DNA of 64,000 nucleotides from a virus (Duplodnaviria > Caudoviricetes): the IMG/VR virus record IMGVR_UViG_3300049742_000009, positions 1,927-65,926 of that record; one strand, written 5' to 3'. The position numbers and the translations under genes are program-made. Positions 30,818 through 41,712 of this stretch are shown piece after piece. The notes below the pieces were generated by a model that saw only the letters and a list, made by a program, of their open reading frames with translations, was not told the DNA's origin and searched no databases. Within the stretch, counting starts at the first letter, position 1; the number at the start of each line of letters is the position of its first letter.

Positions 30818-33800
30818 CTAGACTTCCGGCTTGACTTGAGCGAACGTGACCTTGAAGAACCTAAGCGGATTCACCTTGCGCCTACCGGTCGGCAGGAGAT
30901 CGGCGTCCAAGTCGCTGACTGCCCGAACCCACCAGGCATTGTCAACGTCGGTTTGCAGGTACAGAGTCCGCCCGTTGTTGAGCAGGGCACGCAAGTCCGC
31001 GTACTCGTTCTTATCCACAACGAACGTGAGAGTGAACGTGTCGCCCTTGAATCCCTCGGTCACCACATACGGAAAGTCCTCGCCAAGCGGCTGGAACACC
31101 GTAGCTGTGTTGGTAGTCGTGACATCCATCTCTGGGCGCACGCGAAGGATCATGTTGTTTTCAGGGTGGCCAATGTCCTTGATCCACCAGTTGGCAGCGG
31201 ACAGACCGACCTCCTCGCTGGCCGGGCCGTAACCCGAAACGAACACATCGCCCGCCAAGCCGTAGCTTACGGTCTGAATGCGATAACGTCGCTTCACCAG
31301 AGGGATAATGGTCTGATCCACGTAGACACACGCACCGCTCAGCGGGTCGTATGACGGTGGATTAAATCCCTGCCCAGGGAGGTCGATCCAATCGCCGTAC
31401 CCGGTACCGTCATCCTCTTGGTACTGGATCTGAGCCTTGGACCATATAGGGTGCGCGTCTCGACCGGTGCCGGGACGATACGTATCCGTGTCGCCTAGCA
31501 TGATGCCAACGTTCTTGAACGACACCGTATCGTTGATCGCCCGGTCCTTCGCGCCTAGGATGGGGCGAAGCCTGGTAATCACGGCGTCAGTTGGCATCGT
31601 GAAGGTAGCCGCCGACTTTACCCACGTGGACGAGTTGAATACCGTACCTTCGGCCACTTGACTGGATATGAGTTCATTTCCGTTGTAGAACTCCATGGTC
31701 AGGTACGGAGTGCCACTCGTGGAGCCCAGGAACGAACTCACCAACGACACCTTGCCGCCCGCTAGTTCGAGTACGGCCGGATCGATCGTAGACAGGCTGA
31801 TGGCCGATGTCAACTTGGACTCTACCGTTCCCTCGACCACAGGATCGGCGGGCTTGATGATGCCTATCCAGGACACCACCGAGTCGGCGGCCGAGCCCGA
31901 GCCCGGGGTCAGTACGCCAGTGACCGACGTGTTACCCGTACTGATGACGCCGTTCGAGTCGTACACGGCGAGCGTCTGCCACGGGTTCGAGCTGCCATTG
32001 GTGTTGTCCAGGCGCTCTGTCTCGTTCGCGCCGGGGGCCGGTGCCGTGGGCAGTGGCTTGAGCAAACCGATCCACGACGCCGCCGCGTACCAGCTCGCCG
32101 ACAGGTTCGCCGTGCGAGAGTGAGTACCGGTTGAGACAGGGCCGTTGGAGTCGTACACGGCCGCACTGAGGGCGCGTGCGCCCGAGCTGTGATAGCCGCT
32201 ACCCACATAACTCGCGTAGTCGTCTGCCCTTTCGATCACCTCAGATGAAGAGAAGTTAGGAGCAGAGTCGAGCGTCTGTCGAGAAGCCATAAACGAACAC
32301 ACGCGCCACGCACCGGAGTTGTCGTTCACCACGGAAGCCGTAGTGATAGAACTGCCGCCGGACTTTGTGGACGTGTCATCATCTATGAACTGGTTCGCCG
32401 CAGTGTCGCAGTTCCGATAAGCGACACACTCGGTCATGATCGGCAGCGACGACGACGACAGGGAACCTGTCCAGGACGTTGGCTCGGAGCTGCCAGCCGT
32501 CCTCTTGAGGATCGCCATGCGCCCGTCAATGGTTCCGTCTGTAGTGAACTGAGTAACTACAGACCATCCGGACGGTGCCGTTACTGTCGGGGAGTTGTCC
32601 GAGATCGCAACCGTAGCGATCATCAAGTCACCCGACACAACGCCCGAGGGGCGGTTGATCACATAGGAACTGGTGGACGAGCTTGTAGAAGTCCACCTAG
32701 TAGCCGTACCAACGAACGCAATGGGCGGGACGGTTGACGGCGGTGCGATGTTCGCCACCGACGTTCCACCAGAAACGTTGTCCCTGTACGCGAAGGCACA
32801 CAGACGCCACGCATTACCAACAGTGTTATTCACGGTGGCAGTTGTGTGGACGAGGTTACCGGAGGAATCAGCCTTGACGTTCTCAGCTACAAACTGAGAG
32901 TCGATGTCAGCAGCACCAGAGTACGCAACAACAACCGCACTGCGGCGAGTTGTGGCAGTGCCCAGAAAGCCGTCCGTCCAGGTAGATGGGTCGGCAGCCG
33001 CACCGTTGTGCTTGAGGACGAACAGAGATTCACCCGTAGACGTACTCACAATGGCCGAGTTGACGAGAGTCCAGTCAGCCGGGGGATGCATCACATTGGC
33101 GCCCGTGCAGGTGACGTACGCAATGAGCAGGTCACCATCAGTCGTACCAGCGGGCTTGTTAAGCGTGAAGTTCGTTCCGCTCGTCGGCGACGTGAAGACT
33201 GAACTCGTAGCCCTATATGCGATGGTGGGCGAAATGCCTATGTACTTCATCTGCGACATGCTCGAACCGTTGGCACCCGTACCCGTAACTGCCACGCGGG
33301 AATACGTGGTGGCCGAGTTAGCCGTGATCCACGGGTTGGACGAGTCGGCAGTGTCCATGTTTGACTGGGCGGCCGAGAGCAGATTACGGCTCATGTGGCC
33401 ACCATCGGACCACGCAGAGGAGTCGCCGTACATCAGGCCAACGCGGTCAATGTTGTGAACCTCAAGGCTCGCCGGTGACACAACTTCCTTTGTGACGGTG
33501 GCGAATTGAGTCCCGATCGGCGTAGTCCCTGTCGCGCTGATCTCCGTCCAGGAGTCGGTGACATCCGACCCGCTGGCGGTGATGGAGTCCAGAAGCGTGA
33601 AGGTCGAATCGTAGAAGTTGGCCGTCAAGTTCACATCGCGCCCGGTCGTAGCCGCCTTGAACTGCGCCCGTACCGTGATCGGTGTCTGCTCTGCTACCTC
33701 GACGTAGGAAGTAGTATCAGACATAGTAGCCGCGCTGGAAGCCGTGAGCTTGAGCGAAGCCTGCCCCGAGCCAAACGCAGTGCTAGCGTCGCGCGCCGCA

Positions 33801-34804
33801 CTACAGTTGACCTGAGTTGATTCCGTCGAGTCCGTCAGCGTCTCGAAGTCTGCCTGTTGCACAGAGAGCAGGTTGGACGCATCTCGGAACGTCAAGGATG
33901 CAGACGAGTTGTAAGAGTCTGGCACGACCAGGATGGTGCCCACCCCGGGGGTGCCAGACTCGCCACCGTCGTCATTGCCGGGCACGGCAGGCGCCGGACC
34001 CTGCACGGTAAACGACTTCCCAACCCACAGGCTCTTAGCGTCGAACGTAGACCAAACCCGAACGTATACTGCGTAGTTATCCGGGTTGATCGACGTAGGC
34101 AGGACCACAGAGCTAAGGTCGCCGTTCACCGTAGCAGCGTAGACCGGTGGCGCGGTGTCAGGATCAAAGCTTGCGCTAGCAGCCTGCACCGCCGTGAAGA
34201 TCCGATACTCGGACTTCTTTTGCGGGTCGCCGTCCGTCTGGCTGTAGACCCAAGAGATGGTCGGAGATGAAGTGTAGACCGTGCCAGAAGGCGCGGTCAC
34301 CTCAACTGTCGGGCGGAGCCGATAGTTGATAACACAGTAGAGCCGGTAGCACCGGATGCGGTCCGCGTGTCCGCCGTAGCAGAACGCGCGGCACATGATC
34401 TTATTCAGCCGGTGCCGATCCCACGGCCGACCCGTAGCGTCACACTGATACGTAGCGATCTCGATATCCTCGATATCCTGCGTAGGCGTGACGGTACGGG
34501 TCGTCCAACGGGACGTGTCGTCCGAACACGTAAGCTGAATCGTAATAGAATCAGGGTCACTTGTAGTGCGGTTGCACCGACACCGGATGGTGATGGACGT
34601 GATGACCGCACCATCCGGTATCGATGAGATGTCCACAGGGAACGAGACGGTACCCGCGCCCTTGCTAGCCGGACATGAGGCGTACTTAGTGTCATCCACA
34701 CTTGAGCGGCCCCAGCAATCGTGGAGCTGCTGAACGCCACTTCCGGACAACGACCAACCATCGTTGCGATACTCGCCGTTGCAGTAGTGGTTAACAGACC
34801 CCAT
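30818..34804 (-). CDS. large minor tail protein with carbohydrate-binding-like inserts
   Basis: 1328 aa right after the TMP; two P.G...GDL.IA modules; S/T-rich. Confidence 0.8.
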   Translation of the reverse strand: MGSVNHYCNGEYRNDGWSLSGSGVQQLHDCWGRSSVDDTKYASCPASKGAGTVSFPVDISSIPDGAVITSITIRCRCNRTTSDPDSITIQLTCSDDTSRWTTRTVTPTQDIEDIEIATYQCDATGRPWDRHRLNKIMCRAFCYGGHADRIRCYRLYCVINYRLRPTVEVTAPSGTVYTSSPTISWVYSQTDGDPQKKSEYRIFTAVQAASASFDPDTAPPVYAATVNGDLSSVVLPTSINPDNYAVYVRVWSTFDAKSLWVGKSFTVQGPAPAVPGNDDGGESGTPGVGTILVVPDSYNSSASLTFRDASNLLSVQQADFETLTDSTESTQVNCSAARDASTAFGSGQASLKLTASSAATMSDTTSYVEVAEQTPITVRAQFKAATTGRDVNLTANFYDSTFTLLDSITASGSDVTDSWTEISATGTTPIGTQFATVTKEVVSPASLEVHNIDRVGLMYGDSSAWSDGGHMSRNLLSAAQSNMDTADSSNPWITANSATTYSRVAVTGTGANGSSMSQMKYIGISPTIAYRATSSVFTSPTSGTNFTLNKPAGTTDGDLLIAYVTCTGANVMHPPADWTLVNSAIVSTSTGESLFVLKHNGAAADPSTWTDGFLGTATTRRSAVVVAYSGAADIDSQFVAENVKADSSGNLVHTTATVNNTVGNAWRLCAFAYRDNVSGGTSVANIAPPSTVPPIAFVGTATRWTSTSSSTSSYVINRPSGVVSGDLMIATVAISDNSPTVTAPSGWSVVTQFTTDGTIDGRMAILKRTAGSSEPTSWTGSLSSSSLPIMTECVAYRNCDTAANQFIDDDTSTKSGGSSITTASVVNDNSGAWRVCSFMASRQTLDSAPNFSSSEVIERADDYASYVGSGYHSSGARALSAAVYDSNGPVSTGTHSRTANLSASWYAAASWIGLLKPLPTAPAPGANETERLDNTNGSSNPWQTLAVYDSNGVISTGNTSVTGVLTPGSGSAADSVVSWIGIIKPADPVVEGTVESKLTSAISLSTIDPAVLELAGGKVSLVSSFLGSTSGTPYLTMEFYNGNELISSQVAEGTVFNSSTWVKSAATFTMPTDAVITRLRPILGAKDRAINDTVSFKNVGIMLGDTDTYRPGTGRDAHPIWSKAQIQYQEDDGTGYGDWIDLPGQGFNPPSYDPLSGACVYVDQTIIPLVKRRYRIQTVSYGLAGDVFVSGYGPASEEVGLSAANWWIKDIGHPENNMILRVRPEMDVTTTNTATVFQPLGEDFPYVVTEGFKGDTFTLTFVVDKNEYADLRALLNNGRTLYLQTDVDNAWWVRAVSDLDADLLPTGRRKVNPLRFFKVTFAQVKPEV

Positions 34805-37800
34805 TACTTGCCCCTCTTCTGGTTGAGCATGCGTCGGATCTTCGGAACAAGCTCACCCTCGACGCGCTGGTAAACGCCGTGATCCATGTTGCCGTGTACC
34901 GTGATCGGGATGGACAGGTTGATATCGCCGTTACCACCCTGAGTGGGAGGCAACGTGCCGTTAGGAAGAACCTCTTCGCCGCCACGGAACTTAACCCACT
35001 CGGGACCGCGCTCACCAACAGTGTGCCAACCCGACTGTGCACCGCGCGTTCCCGCGTAGTAAGGCAGGTAGCCACCGCCGGAGTTAACCGACCGGACACC
35101 AGGCACGTTGTTGATGCTGCCGTAGACAGACACGATGTAGTTAATCGCGGCTGCCACGTTAGCGATCGGGTCGAGAATATTCGTACTCGTGCCCGCAACG
35201 TGGTACGCAGAGAACGTAGGCGGAATAACCTGCGCGAGACCCTGAGAGGGCACGCCGTTCTGAGCGTTGATGTCATAGTTGTTGATCGCGTTCGGGTCCC
35301 AACCAGACTCATTCGTGATGATGAGGTTAAGGCCCGATTCCCACGCTGCCTGACTGTCGGGCGGCGGAACACCAGCCGCAGCCATAGCAGCATCGATGAT
35401 TGCCAGGTGGTTCGAGTCCGTAACAGCGGCCCCAACTGCGGCCTCAATTGACGGACGGAAGCCGTACCAGTCCTGGAACATCGGGTCATTGTAGCCACGC
35501 GCACTCGGACCGGATCGAACTGCGGGCGGAGTCGCTTCGTAGTTCGTACCGTTGAGGGTACCGGCCGTGTGGCCAACACCGACGTTGGTAATACCGATCA
35601 TGAAGGGAGCTTCCAACTCCCGCTCAAAACCTGCGGGCGCAGTGTCACCACTGAACGCGAAGGTAGTGAACCAGGGGGCAGGAGTCTCGCCCAGGATCGC
35701 GCGCGCGATACCGGACATGTACTGCGAACAGTCGAACGTGACGCCGAAGTTACCACCGAGCGCATACGGCTTACCAACCTGGGCGTCTGCCCAAGCCTGA
35801 GCCGCAGCGTCGTTGGCGCCACCCATTGTCGGAGCAACGTCGTTCGCCGTAATGTACGACGTGACCGTGCCGACCATCTGGTCAACCATGTTGTTCAACA
35901 GGGTCTTGTAACCAGAGTCGTTCGGCATAAGGGCCGCGATGGCATCCTTACCAGCCTGTCCGGCAGCTTCGATGAACGGGTTCGAAATGTCCTTGATCGA
36001 ACCGAGAGCAGCACCGGCCGCCTGCGAGATCGGATCGCCCCCCGCGCCTGCCGTCGCAGCGGCCTGCGTGGCGGACGTACCGCCCTGCGGGGCGCCGACG
36101 AGCCCGGTGGTGTCGGTGACGCCACCGCCGAGCGCAAAGTGCCCGTTGTAGCCCATCTGACGGACGCCAGCGCCACCCATGGCGGCGGACCGCATGGCAG
36201 CGACCGCGCCATGGCCACCGGCCGCCGACACCTCGGCAGCGGTCCACACGTGCTCGCCATTGGAGAGCCGCGCGGTGATGCTGTCGGAGGTTCCAGTACC
36301 GGCGCCCTGGACGGGGCCACCAGAGGCGTACGCGGGCATAGTGAAGGTGTCCAGCGTCGGGGCGTCGAACGTCCCGGCGATGGCGTTCCACATGGCCACG
36401 ATGCCCTGATTGAACACCACGTCAACAACGGCCGCCACAGGCTCGCGTACCGCAGTCTTGAGGTTTGTCCATCCGGTGCTGATGGCGGTTACCGACGCGT
36501 TGAACGCGTTCGGCAGGTCGGTGTCCATCATGGTCGTAACGGGAGCGACGAGCCCCGTTTGCATGTCCGTGACACCCTGCGTGTACTGGGCCTTAGTGTC
36601 AGACCAATACTTAGTTGTGTCGGCAGTCGCAGTTGTAAGAGTGTTCTTCCAACTCGTCCCTACTTCCGTACCCATGTCGGTGTAGGTCTTCTGTAGGTCC
36701 GTGCTGAACTGCGCTGCCTGCACCTTCTGGTCCGTCCAGGTCTTCTGAGTGAAGTCCTTGTTTTCGGTCCAGTCGGTGGCCCACTTGGTCTGAATGGCGT
36801 TACCGGTGTCGGCGAACGTCTTCTGTAGGTCGGTGTTGTAGTTAACAGCAGCAGCCCTCTGGGAACTCCACGCGTTCGAAGAGGTAGAAGTCGCACTAGA
36901 CCACGTGTTCTTGGTACTGCTGATGATGGCATTGCCCGAATCGCTGATGGCCTTAGCAAGTCCACTTGCGAACGGAACGACGGACGACTGCATACCGGAC
37001 CAACTGGTGTTGGCGGTGTCGCTAACGTCCTTCCATGCAGTATCAGACGTAGTCTGAATGGTCTTCATGTACTGCTTCCATAGGGCAGCGTTCTGCGCAA
37101 GCTTCTGCTGATCTATGGGGTTAGCTGCGGTCGTTGGGTCCTTACCGGCCCCCATCATGGCGGCCGTATCCTTGGCGTTCTTAACCTCTTCGCCACCGCC
37201 GAACAGAACCATTTCAGGCCCGTTCTCACCGACGAGGTGAACACCGGGTGTGGCGCTGGGAGTTCCGGACGCGTAAGGCGAACCGGGCACGTGCCCATAG
37301 CGAGCCTGAATGTAGTTAATGGCTGCGGCGATGTTGGCAATTGGGTCAAGGATGTTGTTCGACGTACCCGGCTGATGGTAAGCGGTGAACGTCGGACCAA
37401 TGACCTGCATAAGACCCATGGACGGGTGACCGGCGGCAGCGTTGGAGTCCCAACCGTTAACTGCGTTCGGGTTACCGCCCGACTCGTGAGCCATCAGGGA
37501 CAGGATGCCCGGAAGCCACGATGCCGGGGCACCGGCCAAGGCAAGGGCCTGGAGAACCACTGGCGCCCATGCCTGGACTGACTGGGCGCCAGCGACAGAC
37601 ATGGCCATGTAGTTCTGGTGGGCCTTGTTGTCCTCATCAATGAGCCGTTGCTTAAGGCCGTCAAGGATCTTGTGGACACCGGCATCCATAACGTTACCGA
37701 CGTTGCCGAACTTGCCCTTAAGTCCCTTGTCTGCGAAGTCCTCAAGGATCTTGAAGCCCGCACTAATGGCCTTCTCGCCGATGAAGCCCAGGACCGTACC

Positions 37801-40800
37801 GGCAGCGCCACCGCCCAGGAAGCCGAGCGCCGCATGGGCAATGCCTCCGACGATCTTGCCGAGGGTGCTGTCCTTTCCGCCGGGTATGGCGATGCCAAGA
37901 GCGTTGGCGATAAGCTCACCAATGCTCTTACTGGACCCCTTGCCCATCATCGCGTTCTGCGAATCAACGGACGTACCGGCAGCCGGACTGCTGGCAGTAC
38001 CAACACTGTTAGGATCAACGGGCTTTACGGGCTTACCGCCGTTGCCGAAGAACTGGACATTGCCCAACACTCCGCCGTTGGCAAACTGGGGCATAGGTAC
38101 CGCAGGCGTAGAGCCCGGGAACATGCCAGACTTCCCGCCTCGACCACCACTGAACTCGTTGTTAGCCCAGTGAATCCAATCGGAGCCACCAAGGGCGCGC
38201 ACGGCCTCGGGGACCAATACGCCCTCGCCAGGCGACAGCATGGCGGGAACGGTGTCCCTGCCGGGCTTGTATCCGCCCAGCGCTCCGCCGCCGGTCATGT
38301 CACCGAAGATCGGTCGCCCGCCTGTGAGTTGGTTATTGCGAGCAGCGAACGTCTTGGTTACGCCGCCGTCCTCGTAGTTCACCGGAACGACAATGCCACC
38401 GCCTGCGAACTTAGGAACACTCACGTGACCAACGGTGCCGAGGTGAAGGCTCTTAAGGCCAACGGCGTCAACAACTGCGTTCCACGCCTTGATGATTCCG
38501 TTGACGACGGTAATACAGGCGTTGACACCATCGCCGATGATTCCAGCGATGCCGTTCCAGATGGACTTAGCGGTGTTCTTGATGCCGTTCCAGACCGTGG
38601 ACCAAGCCTTACTCAGCGCGTCGCCAGCCGTATTCCAGGCAGAGCGAAGGGCGTTGAGAACAGCAGACCAGGTTGACTTGAGTGCATCCCAGACCGCATA
38701 GGCTCCGTTCTTCATGGCCAGCCAGACGGCCGACCATGCTGCCGACAGGGCAGAGCTGACCGTGTTCCAAATCGAGTGCATGGCGTTGCCCCACGCCTGC
38801 CAGGCAGCCTTAAGGGCGTCCCATACGGCGTAGGCACCGTTCTTCATGGCGAGCCAGACAGCGGACCAGGCGGCCGAGAGGGCAGAGCTGACCGTGTTCC
38901 AGATCGAGTGAAGCGCGTTGAGGAACGCCTGCCATGCGGCCTGCATGGCGTTCCAAACTGCCTCAGCGGCAGTCTTCATGGCGTTCCACACGGCATTCCA
39001 CGCAGCAGACAGAGCGCCAGAAACAGCGTTCCACGCAGTAACAAACGCCTGGCATACGGCGTTCCACGCAGCCTGCATTGCGGACCAAATGGCCTGCGCC
39101 GCAGTGGACATGGCGTTCCACACAGCATTCCACGCCGTGGTGAGCGCAGCGGAGACCGTATTCCACACCAGGGCAAGGCCGTTGACGAACGCGTTCCAGG
39201 CAACGGTAAGAGCGTTCCATATCGCCTGCGCAGCAACGGACAGGCCGTTCCACACGGCATTCCACGCAGTAACTAGCGCACCAGAAACGGCAGTCCACGC
39301 GATACTAAGACCCGTGACAAACGCCTGCCAGGCAACCTGGAGAGCTGCCCAAATCACCCTGACCGCAGTGGACATACCGTTCCAGACGGCATTCCACGCC
39401 ACAACGAGCGCACCGGAGACAGCGTTCCAGGCGATCGTCAGGCCATTAACGGTAGCCGTCCAGGCTGCCTGTAGACCGGTCCAAATCGCCCTCACTGCAA
39501 TGGACATGCCATTCCAGACGGCATTCCATGCAACGACAAGGGCAGCAGAAATGGCAGTCCATGCAATCCTCATGCCATCAAGGAAGGCGCGCCACGCTAT
39601 ACCAAGTGCGGTCCAGATTGGGCCACTTCCCTGCATGAACTGCATCCACGCCTTCCAGCCAATCTCAAGGAACTGGAGGACGGTGACGACACCTCGGAGG
39701 ATAACCACCAGACCGAGCCAAATGACCCCGTTGATCTGAATGATCGGGACCAACAGCTGCATAACCTGGGCTATCAACTTGAGAGTTTGGATCAGGAGTT
39801 GACCGTGATCAGCCGATACGACCTGGACGATGACGCTAGCGAACGACAAGAGAACCTGGCCCGCTGCGCCCATGACCTGGTTCATGATCTGGCCGAGGCC
39901 AGGAATCCTGGCCAGCATGTTAGCTGCCTGACCGAGCGCAGAGCCCAGGAGAGTTGCGCCCTTGCCGAGCCCGTCAAACAGCGGCCCCATGGCGCGCATG
40001 GCAGAAGTGAGTCCGGGCAGCGCTGCCCCAGCCAAGTGCTCTACGACATCAAGCATGGGACGCACAAGGGATGCCGCCGCAGAGAACGCACCCTTGATCG
40101 CGGGTCCTATCAGGTGAAGCCAACCGTTAACCTGAGACAGACCGTCCTGGAGAGCCTTGATCGCTGGCATGGCCAAAGGCAGGATGGTCTTCTGGAGCTG
40201 GCCGAACGCGTCAGCGAAGGAAGACTTAAGCTTTTCGTTCGTTGCGATAAGCGCGCCAGCGGCCCCAAGGAACGCAACGGGAATGAGCGCAACTGATGCG
40301 GCCATTAGTGGTGCCGCAGCCGTGAACGCTGCCATGGCAACCGAGGCCGCAACTATGGCAGTTACGAAACCGCCCATCGAACTACCGGCGCTCGCCGCAG
40401 AACTTCCCACGTTACCTACGGCAGAAGCTCCACCACCGGCAGCGCTCGCCATTCCACCTATAGCCGACCCTGCGCCACCGGCCGCGCTACCCAACAACGC
40501 GAGATCATGCATGGAGTTGTTGCTGTCGTTGCTTAGCTGCCCAAGGTGTATATGAGCGTTGTTGACATCAACATCTGCCGTAGCGGTTACATGCGTAGCA
40601 CCGAATGCAGCCAGGCGCGCCTGTACCTCTGCCAGATTCGCAGCGTTGACATTCACGTCGGCTGTAGCCGTGGCGTGAGTCGCGGCGAACTGCGCAAGGC
40701 GAGCCTGCAAAGCCTCAAGCGCTCCGCTCTGCGCGTTGACATCAGCGGTGGCCGTGCTGTGGATCGTACCGAACTGAACGACCCTGGAGCGGATCGCATC

Positions 40801-41220
40801 AAGCTGCCCAGACTGCGCGTTGACATCAGCAGTAGCAGTCTCGTGCATCGTTCCGAACTGGTTGAGTCGCGCCTGTAGGGCCTCAAGGGCAGTCGAGTTT
40901 GTGTTCACATCTGCCGTGGCGGTGACGTGAGTTGCGGCTATCCTGTCAAGCTGAGCACTGAGCGCCGTGAGCTTCGCAGCGGCATCAGCAGTGTCAGCGT
41001 TGACCGTTATTGTGGCGGTCTGATCCGTTATCATCGCGCGAAGATTTTCAAGCTTCGCAACTGCTGCCGAATCGTCAACGTCGGCAGTGATCCTCAAGTT
41101 CGTACCGTCGATCGAAGACAACGACTTCTTGAGGGTGTCGAGTTGAGCCTGTGCCGTGCGCAGACCGGTCCCATCCCACTTGGCCGTAATGTTGAATCCC
41201 AAGCTGGTCACTGTAGCCAT
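34804..41220 (-). CDS. tape measure protein with two SLT and one NlpC/P60-like domain
   Basis: 2138 aa, 11-residue Trp-periodic repeats; HESGGNPNA...GLMQ and NESGWDPNA...GLAQ; GKPY.LGG...FDCS...GHTAG. Confidence 0.95.
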   Translation of the reverse strand: MATVTSLGFNITAKWDGTGLRTAQAQLDTLKKSLSSIDGTNLRITADVDDSAAVAKLENLRAMITDQTATITVNADTADAAAKLTALSAQLDRIAATHVTATADVNTNSTALEALQARLNQFGTMHETATADVNAQSGQLDAIRSRVVQFGTIHSTATADVNAQSGALEALQARLAQFAATHATATADVNVNAANLAEVQARLAAFGATHVTATADVDVNNAHIHLGQLSNDSNNSMHDLALLGSAAGGAGSAIGGMASAAGGGASAVGNVGSSAASAGSSMGGFVTAIVAASVAMAAFTAAAPLMAASVALIPVAFLGAAGALIATNEKLKSSFADAFGQLQKTILPLAMPAIKALQDGLSQVNGWLHLIGPAIKGAFSAAASLVRPMLDVVEHLAGAALPGLTSAMRAMGPLFDGLGKGATLLGSALGQAANMLARIPGLGQIMNQVMGAAGQVLLSFASVIVQVVSADHGQLLIQTLKLIAQVMQLLVPIIQINGVIWLGLVVILRGVVTVLQFLEIGWKAWMQFMQGSGPIWTALGIAWRAFLDGMRIAWTAISAALVVAWNAVWNGMSIAVRAIWTGLQAAWTATVNGLTIAWNAVSGALVVAWNAVWNGMSTAVRVIWAALQVAWQAFVTGLSIAWTAVSGALVTAWNAVWNGLSVAAQAIWNALTVAWNAFVNGLALVWNTVSAALTTAWNAVWNAMSTAAQAIWSAMQAAWNAVCQAFVTAWNAVSGALSAAWNAVWNAMKTAAEAVWNAMQAAWQAFLNALHSIWNTVSSALSAAWSAVWLAMKNGAYAVWDALKAAWQAWGNAMHSIWNTVSSALSAAWSAVWLAMKNGAYAVWDALKSTWSAVLNALRSAWNTAGDALSKAWSTVWNGIKNTAKSIWNGIAGIIGDGVNACITVVNGIIKAWNAVVDAVGLKSLHLGTVGHVSVPKFAGGGIVVPVNYEDGGVTKTFAARNNQLTGGRPIFGDMTGGGALGGYKPGRDTVPAMLSPGEGVLVPEAVRALGGSDWIHWANNEFSGGRGGKSGMFPGSTPAVPMPQFANGGVLGNVQFFGNGGKPVKPVDPNSVGTASSPAAGTSVDSQNAMMGKGSSKSIGELIANALGIAIPGGKDSTLGKIVGGIAHAALGFLGGGAAGTVLGFIGEKAISAGFKILEDFADKGLKGKFGNVGNVMDAGVHKILDGLKQRLIDEDNKAHQNYMAMSVAGAQSVQAWAPVVLQALALAGAPASWLPGILSLMAHESGGNPNAVNGWDSNAAAGHPSMGLMQVIGPTFTAYHQPGTSNNILDPIANIAAAINYIQARYGHVPGSPYASGTPSATPGVHLVGENGPEMVLFGGGEEVKNAKDTAAMMGAGKDPTTAANPIDQQKLAQNAALWKQYMKTIQTTSDTAWKDVSDTANTSWSGMQSSVVPFASGLAKAISDSGNAIISSTKNTWSSATSTSSNAWSSQRAAAVNYNTDLQKTFADTGNAIQTKWATDWTENKDFTQKTWTDQKVQAAQFSTDLQKTYTDMGTEVGTSWKNTLTTATADTTKYWSDTKAQYTQGVTDMQTGLVAPVTTMMDTDLPNAFNASVTAISTGWTNLKTAVREPVAAVVDVVFNQGIVAMWNAIAGTFDAPTLDTFTMPAYASGGPVQGAGTGTSDSITARLSNGEHVWTAAEVSAAGGHGAVAAMRSAAMGGAGVRQMGYNGHFALGGGVTDTTGLVGAPQGGTSATQAAATAGAGGDPISQAAGAALGSIKDISNPFIEAAGQAGKDAIAALMPNDSGYKTLLNNMVDQMVGTVTSYITANDVAPTMGGANDAAAQAWADAQVGKPYALGGNFGVTFDCSQYMSGIARAILGETPAPWFTTFAFSGDTAPAGFERELEAPFMIGITNVGVGHTAGTLNGTNYEATPPAVRSGPSARGYNDPMFQDWYGFRPSIEAAVGAAVTDSNHLAIIDAAMAAAGVPPPDSQAAWESGLNLIITNESGWDPNAINNYDINAQNGVPSQGLAQVIPPTFSAYHVAGTSTNILDPIANVAAAINYIVSVYGSINNVPGVRSVNSGGGYLPYYAGTRGAQSGWHTVGERGPEWVKFRGGEEVLPNGTLPPTQGGNGDINLSIPITVHGNMDHGVYQRVEGELVPKIRRMLNQKRGK

Positions 41221-41235
41221 TGGGACAACCCTCCG

Positions 41236-41712
41236 TTACGCGCGCCCGGCATTATCGATTCGCTCAGCGGCATTCTCAAGCTGCTGTTCCAGCCCGTTAC
41301 CCACGAGGTCTTCACCTTCCTGCATGGTGTCCATGAACCATGAGAAGTCCGTGATTCCCTCGACCACCCAAGTACCCTTGTTTCCGAACACCGGGTGCCG
41401 CCATCCATGTTGGTCCATACCGCGAGGGATGGCGGCTTCATTGACATTGGGCATAGACGTTGTGATGCGGTAGCCATCAGGGAGTTCCTGTAGTCCAACT
41501 CCCTTAGCAACTCGGGCCCTTAGGCCAGTGTGCTTAAGGCCGTGCGTTGGCTCAAGTATCACGCGGAGGGACGCCCGATCCCCGAGCGTCCCAGCCGAAT
41601 CCTTGATTGAGTTTTTGAGTTCCTTTGGGATGTCCTCGTTCTCAATGGCCATCGCACGTGTGATGTCGTCAAGTTTGCCTATGCCACTGACACTTATGTC
41701 AATCCCGGGCAT
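41236..41712 (-). CDS. HK97 gp10-like tail completion protein
   Basis: I.V.G...L......L; TG.LR; WRHPVFGN..W motif. Confidence 0.6.
   Translation of the reverse strand: MPGIDISVSGIGKLDDITRAMAIENEDIPKELKNSIKDSAGTLGDRASLRVILEPTHGLKHTGLRARVAKGVGLQELPDGYRITTSMPNVNEAAIPRGMDQHGWRHPVFGNKGTWVVEGITDFSWFMDTMQEGEDLVGNGLEQQLENAAERIDNAGRA

Noticed and set aside
38600-39650. CRISPR-like or tandem DNA repeat
   Set aside because: The recurring TTCCA/GGCGTT units are Trp-Asn codon periodicity inside the TMP; no spacers or cas genes.
34791-39739. Long alternative-frame and antisense ORFs within the tape measure (34791-35579, 35569-36696, 37618-38676, 38918-39739)
   Set aside because: Products of codon bias and 11-residue periodicity; no independent features.
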